Origin: an uncultured Gemmatimonadaceae bacterium
GTDB taxonomy: Bacteria; Gemmatimonadota; Gemmatimonadetes; Longimicrobiales; Gaopeijiaceae
Direction: 5' to 3'
Length of the DNA: 64,000 bases
Assembly: GCA_964519125.1 (NCBI GenBank)
Contig: CAZFIS010000001.1
Location: 3,825-67,824 of the forward strand
The position numbers and the translations under genes were made by a program. Within the stretch, counting starts at the first letter, position 1. Every line of letters starts with the position of its first letter. Positions 45,562 through 54,764 of the stretch are shown here, piece after piece. The notes under the pieces were generated by a model. That model made no database searches, had not been told where the DNA came from, and worked only from the letters and a program-made list of their open reading frames with translations.

Positions 45562-46077
45562 ATGGCAGAAAGCACTCAGCACAAGCTCGATCGCGTCCGT
45601 CCACCGCGGGTCCAGATTACGTACGACGTGGAGATCGGAGATGCGATCCAGAAGAAGGAGCTCCCGTTCGTCATGGGTGTGATCTCAGACCTGGCGGGGA
45701 GCCCCGCGGAGGCTCCGCCGCCCATGAAGGACCGGAAGTTCATCATGATCGACCGGGACAACTTCAACGACGTGATGTCGGCCGTGGGCCCGCGGGTCGC
45801 GTTCCAGGTGGCCAACCGCCTCACGGAGGAGGACTCGAAGCTGAACGTCGAACTCACCTTTTCCAGCATGGACGATTTCGACCCCGCGAACCTGGTGCAG
45901 CAGGTGGAGCCGCTGCGCAAGCTCTTCGAGGCGCGTCAGCGTTTGAGCGACCTGCGGGCGAAGCTGGACGGGAACGACGAGCTCGATCGCCTGCTCAGCG
46001 AGATCGTCGAGAACACCGATGGCCTGAAGGAGATTCAGGACGCGACGGCCGAGCCGGAAGAGGAATCCGGGGAGTAG
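45562..46077 (+). CDS. tssB: T6SS contractile sheath small subunit TssB
   Basis: The ATG at 45562 follows GAGGAGG. It is in frame with track ORF 45493-46077. The signature reads RPPRVQITYDVEIGDAIQKKELPFVMGVISDLAG...RKFIMIDRDNFNDVM...LTFSSMDDFDPANLV. Confidence 0.9.
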   Translation: MAESTQHKLDRVRPPRVQITYDVEIGDAIQKKELPFVMGVISDLAGSPAEAPPPMKDRKFIMIDRDNFNDVMSAVGPRVAFQVANRLTEEDSKLNVELTFSSMDDFDPANLVQQVEPLRKLFEARQRLSDLRAKLDGNDELDRLLSEIVENTDGLKEIQDATAEPEEESGE

Positions 46078-46138
46078 CTCGCGGAGCCTGAATCCCACAA
46101 GACCAGCCAACGTCCATCATTGATCTGGAGAAGGTCCC

Positions 46139-47626
46139 ATGGCAACGAAGAAGGCAGAGTCCACCGACGGCGGAGGCGCGGCGACCGCGGAGATGAGCCT
46201 GCTCGATCGCATCATCTCGGAAGGCCGCATGGCCCAGGACGACGCCCAGGCCGCTCACGCGAGACACCTCGTGGGAGAGTTCGCGAGCCAGGTTCTCTCG
46301 GAAGAGATTACCGTCTCGGCCGACACGGTGGCGATGATCAACGCTCGCATCGCTCGTATCGACGAGCTGCTCAGCGCGCAGCTCAACGAGATCATGCACG
46401 ATTCCGACTTCCGGAAGCTCGAGGCCAGCTGGAGAGGGCTCGCGTATCTCGTATTCAACAGCGAGACCGGAACGCGCTTGAAGATCCGGGTGCTCGCGGC
46501 GAGCCAGAAGGAGGTCCAGGCGGACCTGGACAAGGCGGTGGAGTTCGACCAGAGCCGTTTGTTCAAGATGCTGTACGAGGAAGAGTACGGTACCTTCGGC
46601 GGCAATCCCTACAGCTGCCTCGTGTGTGACTACGAGTTCGGACGCCATCCGCAGGACATCGCACTGCTCGAGAAGCTCTCGAACGTCGCGGCGGCCGCGC
46701 ACGCTCCCGTCATCGCAGCGGCCAGCCCCCGGATGTTCGACCTGCAGAGCTTTACGGGGCTCGGCGGGCCGCGCGACTTGGCGAAGGTCTTCGAGAGCTC
46801 GGAGCTCATCAAGTGGAACTCGTTCCGCGCGACCGAGGACTCCCGCTACGTGGCTCTCGTCCTGCCGCACATCCTCATGCGTCTTCCGTACGGTCCCGAC
46901 ACGAAGCCGGTCGACGGCTTCGACTTCGTCGAGGAGGTGGACGGGCGGGATCACTCCAAGTACCTGTGGGGGAACGCGGCATGGGCGCTCGGGCAGCGCA
47001 TCACGGACGCGTTCTCGCAACACGGCTGGACGGCCGCCATTCGCGGCGTCGAGGGTGGCGGAATCGTGGAGGGGCTGCCTACGCACACCTTCAAGACGGA
47101 CGAGGGCGACATCGCGCTCAAGTGCCCCACGGAGATCGCCATCACGGACCGGCGCGAGAAGGAGTTGAGCGACCTCGGGTTCATCGCCCTGTGCCACTGC
47201 CAGGGAACGGACTACGCCGCCTTCTTCGGCGGTGCGACGGCGCAGAAGCCCACGGTCTACAACACGCCTCAGGCCAACGCCAACGCTCGGGTCTCGGCAC
47301 AGCTCCCGTACGTTCTCGCAGCGTCGCGGTTCGCCCACTACCTCAAGTCGATCATGCGCGACAAGGTGGGAAGCTTCATGACCCGGGCGAACGTGGAGAA
47401 CTTCCTCAACCGATGGATCTCGGATTACGTCCTCATCAACGACGACGCCCCTCAGTCCGCGAAGGCGAAGTATCCGCTGAGCGAAGCGCGTGTCGACGTG
47501 GTCGGGGTGGCGGGTAAGCCGGGCGTCTACTCGGCGACCGTGTTTCTGAAGCCGCACTTCCAGCTCGAGGAGCTGACCGCGTCCATGCGCCTGGTGGCCG
47601 AGTTGCCCCCGCCCGCGGGTGGCTGA
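46139..47626 (+). CDS. tssC: T6SS contractile sheath large subunit TssC
   Basis: 495-aa ORF with SLLDRII...IDELLSAQLNEIMHDSDFRKLEASWRGLAYLV...YGTFGGNPYSCLVCDYEF...AAAAHAPVIAAASP, the canonical TssC pattern. Confidence 0.95.
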   Translation: MATKKAESTDGGGAATAEMSLLDRIISEGRMAQDDAQAAHARHLVGEFASQVLSEEITVSADTVAMINARIARIDELLSAQLNEIMHDSDFRKLEASWRGLAYLVFNSETGTRLKIRVLAASQKEVQADLDKAVEFDQSRLFKMLYEEEYGTFGGNPYSCLVCDYEFGRHPQDIALLEKLSNVAAAAHAPVIAAASPRMFDLQSFTGLGGPRDLAKVFESSELIKWNSFRATEDSRYVALVLPHILMRLPYGPDTKPVDGFDFVEEVDGRDHSKYLWGNAAWALGQRITDAFSQHGWTAAIRGVEGGGIVEGLPTHTFKTDEGDIALKCPTEIAITDRREKELSDLGFIALCHCQGTDYAAFFGGATAQKPTVYNTPQANANARVSAQLPYVLAASRFAHYLKSIMRDKVGSFMTRANVENFLNRWISDYVLINDDAPQSAKAKYPLSEARVDVVGVAGKPGVYSATVFLKPHFQLEELTASMRLVAELPPPAGG

Positions 47627-47654
47627 TCGGATTCCCGGAGGCGGACGGGGGCGT

Positions 47655-47673
47655 GGGCCCGTGGTCCGGGCCC
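47655..47673 (+). other. GC hairpin in the tssC-hcp intergenic region (possible mRNA processing, stability or attenuation element)
   Basis: GGGCCCG-TGGTC-CGGGCCC forms a 7-bp all-GC stem with a 5-nt loop, 29 nt after the tssC stop. No U-tract follows. The hcp SD (GAGGAGG) lies 48 nt downstream. Confidence 0.3.
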
Positions 47674-47732
47674 GCCCCTCGCCGTCGAAGAACTGCCAAG
47701 GATGATTTCGAGAGCCACACGAGGAGGATTGG

Positions 47733-48218
47733 ATGGACATCGTTTTGATGAAGGTGAAGGACGTTCCGGGCCAGACGCAGATCAACGGCTACGCGGACTA
47801 CATGGAGCTGTTCTCATACAGCCACGGGATCGCGCAGCAGGTCACGGCCAACGTCAGCAACGCCGACCGCACGACCGGCCGGCCGATTCACCAGGACTTC
47901 GCGGTGACGAAGGACGTGGACAAGGCGACCCCCTCGCTGCTCCAGGGGTGCAACTCGGCGAACGTCTACAGCTCGGTGGAGATCCTGGTGGGCCGCAACG
48001 ACGACGGCAACATCATCAAGTTCTTCAGCTACACGCTGACCGACGCCATCATCTCGTCGATCTCCGTGAGCGGTGGAGGCGGCGGCAAGCCCGTCGAGTC
48101 CATCACGTGGAACTACAGCAAGATCGAGTGGACCTACTACGCGCAGAAGGAAGCGGGCGGCGCGGGCGGCAACGCGGTTGCCTCCTGGGATGTGGCACTG
48201 AACAAGGCTGCTAGCTGA
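47733..48218 (+). CDS. hcp: T6SS inner tube protein Hcp (TssD)
   Basis: 161-aa ORF with GAGGAGG 6 nt upstream. The sequence is Hcp-like: MDIVLMKVKDVPGQTQ..GYADYMELFSYSHGI...GRPIHQDFAVTKDVDKATPSLLQGC...I.W.Y.KIEWTY. Confidence 0.9.
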   Translation: MDIVLMKVKDVPGQTQINGYADYMELFSYSHGIAQQVTANVSNADRTTGRPIHQDFAVTKDVDKATPSLLQGCNSANVYSSVEILVGRNDDGNIIKFFSYTLTDAIISSISVSGGGGGKPVESITWNYSKIEWTYYAQKEAGGAGGNAVASWDVALNKAAS

Positions 48219-48226
48219 GCTTCACG

Positions 48227-48694
48227 TTGCTTCGCGACACGAGGTCCACGCAGGGAGCCCGGGCGCTGCTGTTCGACCGACTGGTCGATCTGGATCCGTC
48301 CGATCCGGTCGAGCAGCGGCCGCTCCGGGTTCTCTCGCTCGAGGAGATGTTGGAGTCCGTGCGGCGGGAGCTCGAGCGGCTTCTCAACACACGGTCTCCG
48401 ACGCCTCCCGAGGAGTTGGAGGGGAGGGAGTGGACGGTCCTCGATTGGGGCCTCCCCGACTATTCGGGCTGGTACACCCGCTCGGCTGTGTCCCAGGAGC
48501 GGCTGGCTCGACTCATCGAGGCGACGATTCGAGCCTTCGAGCCCAGGATGATCGACCCTCACGTGATTGTGAAGCCCACGGAAGGCAACGATCGCATGCT
48601 GATCGTCCACATCGACGGTGCTGTCCGGGTGGGCACGATGCTCGAGCCCGTCTCTTTCCCACTGGCGCTCGAAGGAGGGCCCTCACGGGGGTAG
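48227..48694 (+). CDS. tssE: T6SS baseplate protein TssE (gp25-like)
   Basis: 155-aa ORF with a TTG start 8 nt after the hcp stop. It has LLFDRLVDLDP...SVRRELERLLNTRSP...LPDYS and the GPW/gp25-like C-terminal part. Confidence 0.85.
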   Translation: MLRDTRSTQGARALLFDRLVDLDPSDPVEQRPLRVLSLEEMLESVRRELERLLNTRSPTPPEELEGREWTVLDWGLPDYSGWYTRSAVSQERLARLIEATIRAFEPRMIDPHVIVKPTEGNDRMLIVHIDGAVRVGTMLEPVSFPLALEGGPSRG

Positions 48695-48704
48695 CAAGGC
48701 GCAG

Positions 48705-50525
48705 ATGGCAGACGACGCGCAAGCGGAACTCCTCCGGTACTACCTGTCCGAGCTCACCTATCTCCGGGAGATGGGCTCGGCGTTCGCGGATGAATATCCC
48801 AAGGTCGCCAACCGGCTGGAGTTGAGCCCGGACGAGAGTCCGGACCCGCACGTCGAGCGACTGTTGGAGGCGTTCGCCTTCCTCACGGCGCGCGTCCAGC
48901 GCAACCTCGACCTGCAGTTTCCCGAGATCAGCTCGGCGCTTCTCGACCTCCTGTATCCCCACTACCTCACGCCCGTCCCGTCGATGACGGTCGTGCGCTT
49001 CGAGCCGGATCCGGAGCAGGGGATGCTGACGACCGGGTATGAGGTCCCGGCGCACGCGCCACTGTACGCGGAGGCTCGCGGCACCGGGGGGCTGTCCGCC
49101 AGGTTCCGGACCTGCTACCCGGTCACGTTGTGGCCCCTGCGGGTGACCTACGCCGGTCTCGAGTCGAGCAGCCAGTACGACTTCCTGGACGGGCGCAGCG
49201 ACATCGTCAGCGTCATTCGCATCCACATCGAAGTCGAGGGGATGGCACTCGAAGACCTGGAGATGACCTCGCTCCGCTTCTATCTCAACCGTGAGATGCG
49301 CGCAGCGACCGATCTCTACGAATTGATCTTCGCGCAGCTCGAGGGAGTGATGCTGCTGCAGGAGGGCTCGAGCCGACCCGTTGATCTGGGCTCGGGCTCG
49401 GTCCGCCCCGTCGGGTTCGGTCCGGACGAGGCTGTGCTGCCCTATCCGCGCCAGGCCCAACCCGGATATCGGCTCCTGCAGGAGTACTTCACGTTTCCGC
49501 GGAAATTCCTCTTCGTGGACGTGGACGGGCTGGACCGGGGGATGTCGGGCAACGCGTTCGATCTTCTACTCCTGCTCGGGCGGTCCCCTGAGACGGACCT
49601 GATGATCGACGCGGACACGTTCGCGTTGGGCTGCACACCCGCGATCAACCTGTTCCCGAAGACGACCGAGCCCGTCCGGTTGGACCAGACGAAGTCGGAG
49701 TATCGTCTGGTTCCCGACGTGCACCGGGAGGCCAGTACCGAGATCCACTCGGTACTTTCGGTGTCTTCGTCCATGGACGACGAGGAAGAGCCGAAGCGGC
49801 TCAGTCCCTACTATTCGTTCGGCCACGCGTCGTCGCGCGAGGTGGAAAGCGTGTTCTGGGTGACGCGGCGCGTCCCCACGGGTCGGCGGGAGATCCCCGG
49901 CACGCAGATGATGTTGTCGTTGGTCGACCTCGACTTCGACCCGCGAGTCCCCGCCGGTGAGACCGTCTACGCGCATACCCTGTGCACCAACCGGCGGCTC
50001 GCTGGGCAGCTCCCCGTGGGGGCACGGCTCACGACCGAGATCGGTGCCCCCGTGTCGTCTATCGAGACCCTCCACAAGCCCACGCCCCAACTCGATCCTC
50101 CGCTGGGTGGGGAGACACGCTGGCGGCTCGTCTCGCACCTGTCCCTGAACCACCTCTCGTTGGAGAACGGCCCGGAGGGGCTGGCAGCGCTCCGCGAGAT
50201 CCTGCTGCTGTACAGCGACTACGACAACAAGTCGGCGCATCGGCAGATCAACGGGATCCGCGAGATGCGCAGCCGCCCGGTCGTCGAGCGCCTCGGCAGG
50301 GAGGCGTGGAGAGGATTCGCTCGGGGCACGGAGGTGCGACTGGTCTTCGATCCCGCCGCATTCCCCGGCGCGAACCCGCTTCTGTTCGCGTCGACGCTGC
50401 GGCATTTTTTCGCGCTGTACGCGTCGATCAACTCCTTTACCCGGTTGGTGGTGGAGGACGCTCGCCGACCGGGTGAGATCTGGAAAAAATGGCCGCCGCT
50501 CGCAGGAACACGAGAGCTCCTGTAG
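48705..50525 (+). CDS. tssF: T6SS baseplate protein TssF
   Basis: Track ORF 48618-50525 is trimmed to the ATG at 48705. The TssF signature is LLRYYLSELTYLREMGSAFADEYPKVANRLEL...DPHVERLLEAFAFLTARVQRNLDLQFPEISSALLDLLYPHYLTPVPS. Confidence 0.9.
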   Translation: MADDAQAELLRYYLSELTYLREMGSAFADEYPKVANRLELSPDESPDPHVERLLEAFAFLTARVQRNLDLQFPEISSALLDLLYPHYLTPVPSMTVVRFEPDPEQGMLTTGYEVPAHAPLYAEARGTGGLSARFRTCYPVTLWPLRVTYAGLESSSQYDFLDGRSDIVSVIRIHIEVEGMALEDLEMTSLRFYLNREMRAATDLYELIFAQLEGVMLLQEGSSRPVDLGSGSVRPVGFGPDEAVLPYPRQAQPGYRLLQEYFTFPRKFLFVDVDGLDRGMSGNAFDLLLLLGRSPETDLMIDADTFALGCTPAINLFPKTTEPVRLDQTKSEYRLVPDVHREASTEIHSVLSVSSSMDDEEEPKRLSPYYSFGHASSREVESVFWVTRRVPTGRREIPGTQMMLSLVDLDFDPRVPAGETVYAHTLCTNRRLAGQLPVGARLTTEIGAPVSSIETLHKPTPQLDPPLGGETRWRLVSHLSLNHLSLENGPEGLAALREILLLYSDYDNKSAHRQINGIREMRSRPVVERLGREAWRGFARGTEVRLVFDPAAFPGANPLLFASTLRHFFALYASINSFTRLVVEDARRPGEIWKKWPPLAGTRELL

Positions 50526-51559
50526 TCGAGGAGCTTCGCGAGGGCGCGTACGCCTTCGATTTCTTCCAGGTGGTGCGTATCCTGGAAGCGATGGCTGTGG
50601 GCGCCTCACCCGTCGGCACGGGGTCCGATCCGTCGCTCGAGGCCGTGCGATTCCGCTCCGATCCGTCCTTGGCCTTTCCGGCCAGTGAGATCGTCGACGT
50701 GCGCCTGGGGGAGTTTCCGGAAGAGCCGGCCGAAGTGGTGGTCAGCTTCCTGGGACTGGCGGGCGAGCAGGGCCCGTTGCCGCGCCCGTTCACGGAGCTG
50801 ATCCTGCGACGGATCGCAGACCGGGATACGGCGGCGCGCGATTTCCTGGACATCTTCAACCACCGACTCGTTTCCCTGCTGTACCGGGCCCGCGAGAAGC
50901 ATCGCGTGGGCCTGCGGATCCAGCCGCCCGAAGAGAGCCGGCTCGCAGACATCGGCTTCGCCCTCGTGGGCCTCGGCGCCTCCCCTCTCCGGGACCGCAT
51001 GGGGTTCGCGGATCGCTCGCTTCTTTTCTATGCTGGTACCCTCTCCCAGGGGCGTCGTACGGCCGTAGGGCTGGAGGGCCTGCTCGCGGCGCACTTCCAT
51101 GCCGTGCTCGGAGCGCGGAGCGAGTATGACGGGGGCGTCCACGTCCGCGAGTTCGTGGGGCGCTGGCACGCGCTCGAACTCGATCAAGGGACGGCGCTGG
51201 GTGCCGTCGATGGCCATCGGGAGCTCGGCGTGGATGCCGTCCTCGGTCACCGGGTCTGGGACCAGCTCGGGATGATCGAAGTCGTACTCGGTCCCCTCGA
51301 TCTGGAGAGCTTCCAGCGCTTCCTGCCCGGAGGAGACGCCCTCGAGCCGTTGAGGGACATGGTCACCTTCTATCTGAGGGGTGACGTGGATTTCGTCATT
51401 CGCCTCGTCCTTCGCGCGGAGGACGTTCCCGCGACGGTGTTGACGGCCGGATCCGGGGCCGCGCGTCTGGGTCTGACTTCCTGGCTCAAGACCCGTCCGT
51501 TCCGGAACGACGCCGCCGATATCGTCCTCGGTCCGAGATCCAGCGCCCCCACGGTCTGA
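50489..51559 (+). CDS. tssG: T6SS baseplate protein TssG
   Basis: 356-aa ORF that overlaps tssF by 37 nt. The TssG N-terminal signature is YAFDFFQVVRILE....P.G.GSDP..EAVRFRSDPSLAFPASEI. Confidence 0.9.
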   Translation: MAAARRNTRAPVVEELREGAYAFDFFQVVRILEAMAVGASPVGTGSDPSLEAVRFRSDPSLAFPASEIVDVRLGEFPEEPAEVVVSFLGLAGEQGPLPRPFTELILRRIADRDTAARDFLDIFNHRLVSLLYRAREKHRVGLRIQPPEESRLADIGFALVGLGASPLRDRMGFADRSLLFYAGTLSQGRRTAVGLEGLLAAHFHAVLGARSEYDGGVHVREFVGRWHALELDQGTALGAVDGHRELGVDAVLGHRVWDQLGMIEVVLGPLDLESFQRFLPGGDALEPLRDMVTFYLRGDVDFVIRLVLRAEDVPATVLTAGSGAARLGLTSWLKTRPFRNDAADIVLGPRSSAPTV

Positions 51560-51575
51560 GAAAGCGCGTGCGATC

Positions 51576-54500
51576 TTGCCCTCCGGAGCCAAACCCCTGA
51601 GCACGTCCGAATCGATTCTGAGGCGGGTGTTCAAGCTCGAGCCCGGAGAGGGCCGCAAGGTCCTGCTGTTCGCGCTGCTGGCCGGGCTGATCCAGGGCGG
51701 GGTCATGGTGGGGCTCACCGCTTCGGATACGCTGTTCCTGTCGAGGGTGGGATTCGAGAAGTTGCCGTTCGTCTTCATGGCGACGCCGTTCGTCATGCTG
51801 GCGTACGTGCCGGCGTTCGCCTTCCTCATCAGCCGTCTGGGAACCCCGCGTACGCTCGAGTGGACGCTGGTGGTGCTGGCGATCGGGGGCGGCGGGCTCT
51901 TCGTCTGGATCGCGCTGGCTTCGTCGGGCGGCTCAGCGGAGGGCGGGGTCGGGCTTGTCTACTACGTGGCCCGCATCTGGGCCGATCTGTGCTATACGGC
52001 CCTGTACAGTCTCTTCTGGAACTTCACGGACACGTTCTTCGACATCCAGGACGCGAAGCGACTGTTCCCCCTCTTCAGCGCCGGAATGGCCGCCGGAGCC
52101 ATGATCGGCGGTGGGCTGGTGGCCGTGATCTCCCAGACGATCGGAGTCGCGTGGCTCTACTTGTTCTGGTCGGCCATCGCGCTGCTCTCCCTTCCGGTCG
52201 TGGCCGGCATCAGGAGGCGGTTCGACATCCTGCAGGAGGGAGAGTTCGAAGGCGAGACCGGGCTGTGGGAGCAGTTGAAGGAGACGAGGGTCGCGCTCTT
52301 CCGCTCCCGCTTCGTGCTGATCCTGGTCAGCGCGATCGTCGCGGTCGTCTTCCTGAGCTCGATCAACGAATACGAGTACCTGCGGATCCTCTCAGGGCCG
52401 CTCAACGAGGCCCAACTGGGATCCTTGCTGGGTCGGCTCCTCGTCCTGGTGAACGTCTTCAACGTCCTCTTCAGCCTCTTCGTCTTCAATCGGCTGGTCT
52501 TGAGGGTGGGGGTGGGTAACGTCGCCATCCTCCAGCCGCTGACCTACCTGGCGGTCTTCTACTTCCTCCTGTTTCAGGGGGGGGTCGGAGCGGCGATCTT
52601 CGGGTTCGTCGCCTTCCAGGGCATCCTCCCCTCCATCGAGTACAACAACCAGAACTTTCTCTTCAACGCGGTGCCGCAGGCGGTCAAGCAGCAGGTGCGG
52701 ACCGCCGTGGAGGGACTCGCGGAGCCGCTCGCCACGGCCCTGGCCGGAGCCCTTCTCCTCTTGCTCGCGCGTTTCCTTCCCTCCGTGCGCATCGCCGCGC
52801 TCGGTTTCCTGCTGGCAGGTGGGTACCTGGGCATCGCCGTGCTGCTGAGGAACGCCTACCTCCCGTCTTTGGTGAAGAACCTGAGGAGAGGGTGGCTGGA
52901 CCTCTCACGGCCCGCCGCAGAAGCGCTCTCGGGGCTCGGGTCCGCGGAGGAGGCTCGGCTTCGGGAGATGGCCGCGCAGGGCGACGGCGAGCTCGCGCGG
53001 TGTGCGTTGAGGATTCTGTCCATCAACAATCCCCAGGCGGGGTTCAAGGCGACGCTCCAGTACCTGAAGAGGACGCCAGACGACAGGATCTCGGAGGCGC
53101 GGTTCTTCGTGGAGGCCCTGTTGGAGCGGGCCGGGCCGGATGCCACACGGGAGTTCCTCGACTGGGTCGACCAGGGGAGCGATACGCTGGGAGCGAGGTT
53201 CCTCGAGGAGATGGGAGGCCACGGGCTCATCATGCCCACCGAGGTGAAGGGTCTCGTCCGGTCGGAGGAGCCCGCCGAGGTGGCGGCGGCCGTGGTCGTG
53301 CTGTGGCGGTCGTGGGATCCCCAGGACAGGCTCCTCGCGGCGGAAGGGCTCGTACGGCTCCTGAGCGGCTCGGAGGCGGAGATCGTCGCGGGGCTGCGCA
53401 CCATCGGGAGGCTGCGCGACGAGACGCTGGCCCGGTTCGCGGCCTCTCATCTCGTCGGGGGGAGCGAGGCGGTGCAGCGCGAGGCGCTGGCTTCGTTGCG
53501 GAGCATCGTGACGCCGAACTCCACTGCGCTGGTTCCCGACATCCTCGACAGCCTCGCTCTCGTGGGCGACCGCGGGCAGTACGACGGGCTGGAGGTGCTC
53601 GGGAGGATCGCCGACCCTACGTGTATCGCGCGTCTGCTCGACGTCTCGGTCGACTTCTCTCCTCCCGTGCGGCGCAGCGTCCTGCGGGTCCTGGAGAGGA
53701 TGGGGCTGCGCAGCGTGCCGGCGTCCGTCGCCGTGTTCACGGATCGTCGCCACGCGTACCCCGCGCGCGCGATCGCTGCGCGCTTCCTCGGCACCGCGGC
53801 CAGCCCCCAGCTCGAAGCCTTATGGCCCGGCGTTATCCAGCGGGAGCTGGCGCAGGCCGACCAGTTCCGCTCCTTCCACCGCACGCTGACGGCCGTGTCG
53901 CTTTCCACGTCGGGCATCCGCATCCTGCGCCGTTTCTACCGCGACACGCAGGATCGCACGGTGGACTTCATCCTCGAGGTCCTGCACATCGCCGGCAGGC
54001 TCCCGTCCTTCGAGATGCTGTCGTCCTCGCTGCGGTCGGATCTCCCGAAGGAGCGGGCCAACGCCCTGGAGACCGTCGAGCAGGGTGTGCCGCGGTATCT
54101 CTTCAAGCGCCTGCGCTCCCTGCTCGTGGATCCCGGAGCGGCATCCGAGGCGGGGGCGAGCGAAGGCTTGACGGTGGGCCCGTCGGTCGAGGAGATCCTG
54201 GACGCGGCCCTGCAGAGCCCCTTCGCTTCGGAGGCGGCCGCGGCCGCCGACGCTTCGTGGGTCACCGAGAACCCCGAGATCCTGGCCAAGCTGCGCAGCC
54301 GCCTGGCGGACCTCCGCGGGGAGATCTACCGCGAGACCGTGGTCACCCTGGCGGCCGAAGGCCAGGAGGGGATGACCCCGGTCGACATCATGGACTTCCT
54401 GGCCGCGGCGCCGTTCTTCGACAACCTTCGCGTGGGCGACCTCGAGGAGATCGCCGTGCGCGCGGAGGTGATGGAGCTCGAGCCGGGAGCCTACCTCTTC

Positions 54501-54764
54501 CGCGAGGGTGAGCCGGCGGACCGTGCGTTCGTCATCGCCAAGGGTCGGGCGAGCGTGGAAGGAGAGGTCGTGGAGGCCGGCATCCTCCTGGGCGGCGAGG
54601 CGCTCGGGACGGCGGAAACCTATGCCTCCACGGGCGTCTCGGAGGGGGTAACGGTCGTGTGCGTCCGGTCCCGGCCTGTGATGGACCTCGCGAACGTGAG
54701 CTCTGCGCTGGGCATCGAGCTCATCCGCCATGCAGCGGGAGTGCACGGTGTCCGAGCGCTCTAG
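51576..54764 (+). CDS. Three-part fusion: polytopic transporter-like (MFS / ATP-ADP-translocase-like) membrane domain + HEAT-like repeats + C-terminal cyclic-nucleotide-binding-like domain
   Basis: 1062-aa ORF with a TTG start 16 nt after the tssG stop. Residues ~1-430 contain ~11-12 hydrophobic helices (the opening VFKLEPGEGRKVLLFALLAG... resembles TLC/Npt-type carriers). The middle ~500 aa are helical repeats (ARCALRILS, REALASLRSI, VRRSVLRVLERMG). The last ~120 aa (from 54390) form a CNB fold: FFDNLRVGDLEEIAVRAEVMELEPGAYLFREGEPADRAFVIAKGRASVE...LGGEALG. Confidence 0.75.
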   Translation: MPSGAKPLSTSESILRRVFKLEPGEGRKVLLFALLAGLIQGGVMVGLTASDTLFLSRVGFEKLPFVFMATPFVMLAYVPAFAFLISRLGTPRTLEWTLVVLAIGGGGLFVWIALASSGGSAEGGVGLVYYVARIWADLCYTALYSLFWNFTDTFFDIQDAKRLFPLFSAGMAAGAMIGGGLVAVISQTIGVAWLYLFWSAIALLSLPVVAGIRRRFDILQEGEFEGETGLWEQLKETRVALFRSRFVLILVSAIVAVVFLSSINEYEYLRILSGPLNEAQLGSLLGRLLVLVNVFNVLFSLFVFNRLVLRVGVGNVAILQPLTYLAVFYFLLFQGGVGAAIFGFVAFQGILPSIEYNNQNFLFNAVPQAVKQQVRTAVEGLAEPLATALAGALLLLLARFLPSVRIAALGFLLAGGYLGIAVLLRNAYLPSLVKNLRRGWLDLSRPAAEALSGLGSAEEARLREMAAQGDGELARCALRILSINNPQAGFKATLQYLKRTPDDRISEARFFVEALLERAGPDATREFLDWVDQGSDTLGARFLEEMGGHGLIMPTEVKGLVRSEEPAEVAAAVVVLWRSWDPQDRLLAAEGLVRLLSGSEAEIVAGLRTIGRLRDETLARFAASHLVGGSEAVQREALASLRSIVTPNSTALVPDILDSLALVGDRGQYDGLEVLGRIADPTCIARLLDVSVDFSPPVRRSVLRVLERMGLRSVPASVAVFTDRRHAYPARAIAARFLGTAASPQLEALWPGVIQRELAQADQFRSFHRTLTAVSLSTSGIRILRRFYRDTQDRTVDFILEVLHIAGRLPSFEMLSSSLRSDLPKERANALETVEQGVPRYLFKRLRSLLVDPGAASEAGASEGLTVGPSVEEILDAALQSPFASEAAAAADASWVTENPEILAKLRSRLADLRGEIYRETVVTLAAEGQEGMTPVDIMDFLAAAPFFDNLRVGDLEEIAVRAEVMELEPGAYLFREGEPADRAFVIAKGRASVEGEVVEAGILLGGEALGTAETYASTGVSEGVTVVCVRSRPVMDLANVSSALGIELIRHAAGVHGVRAL

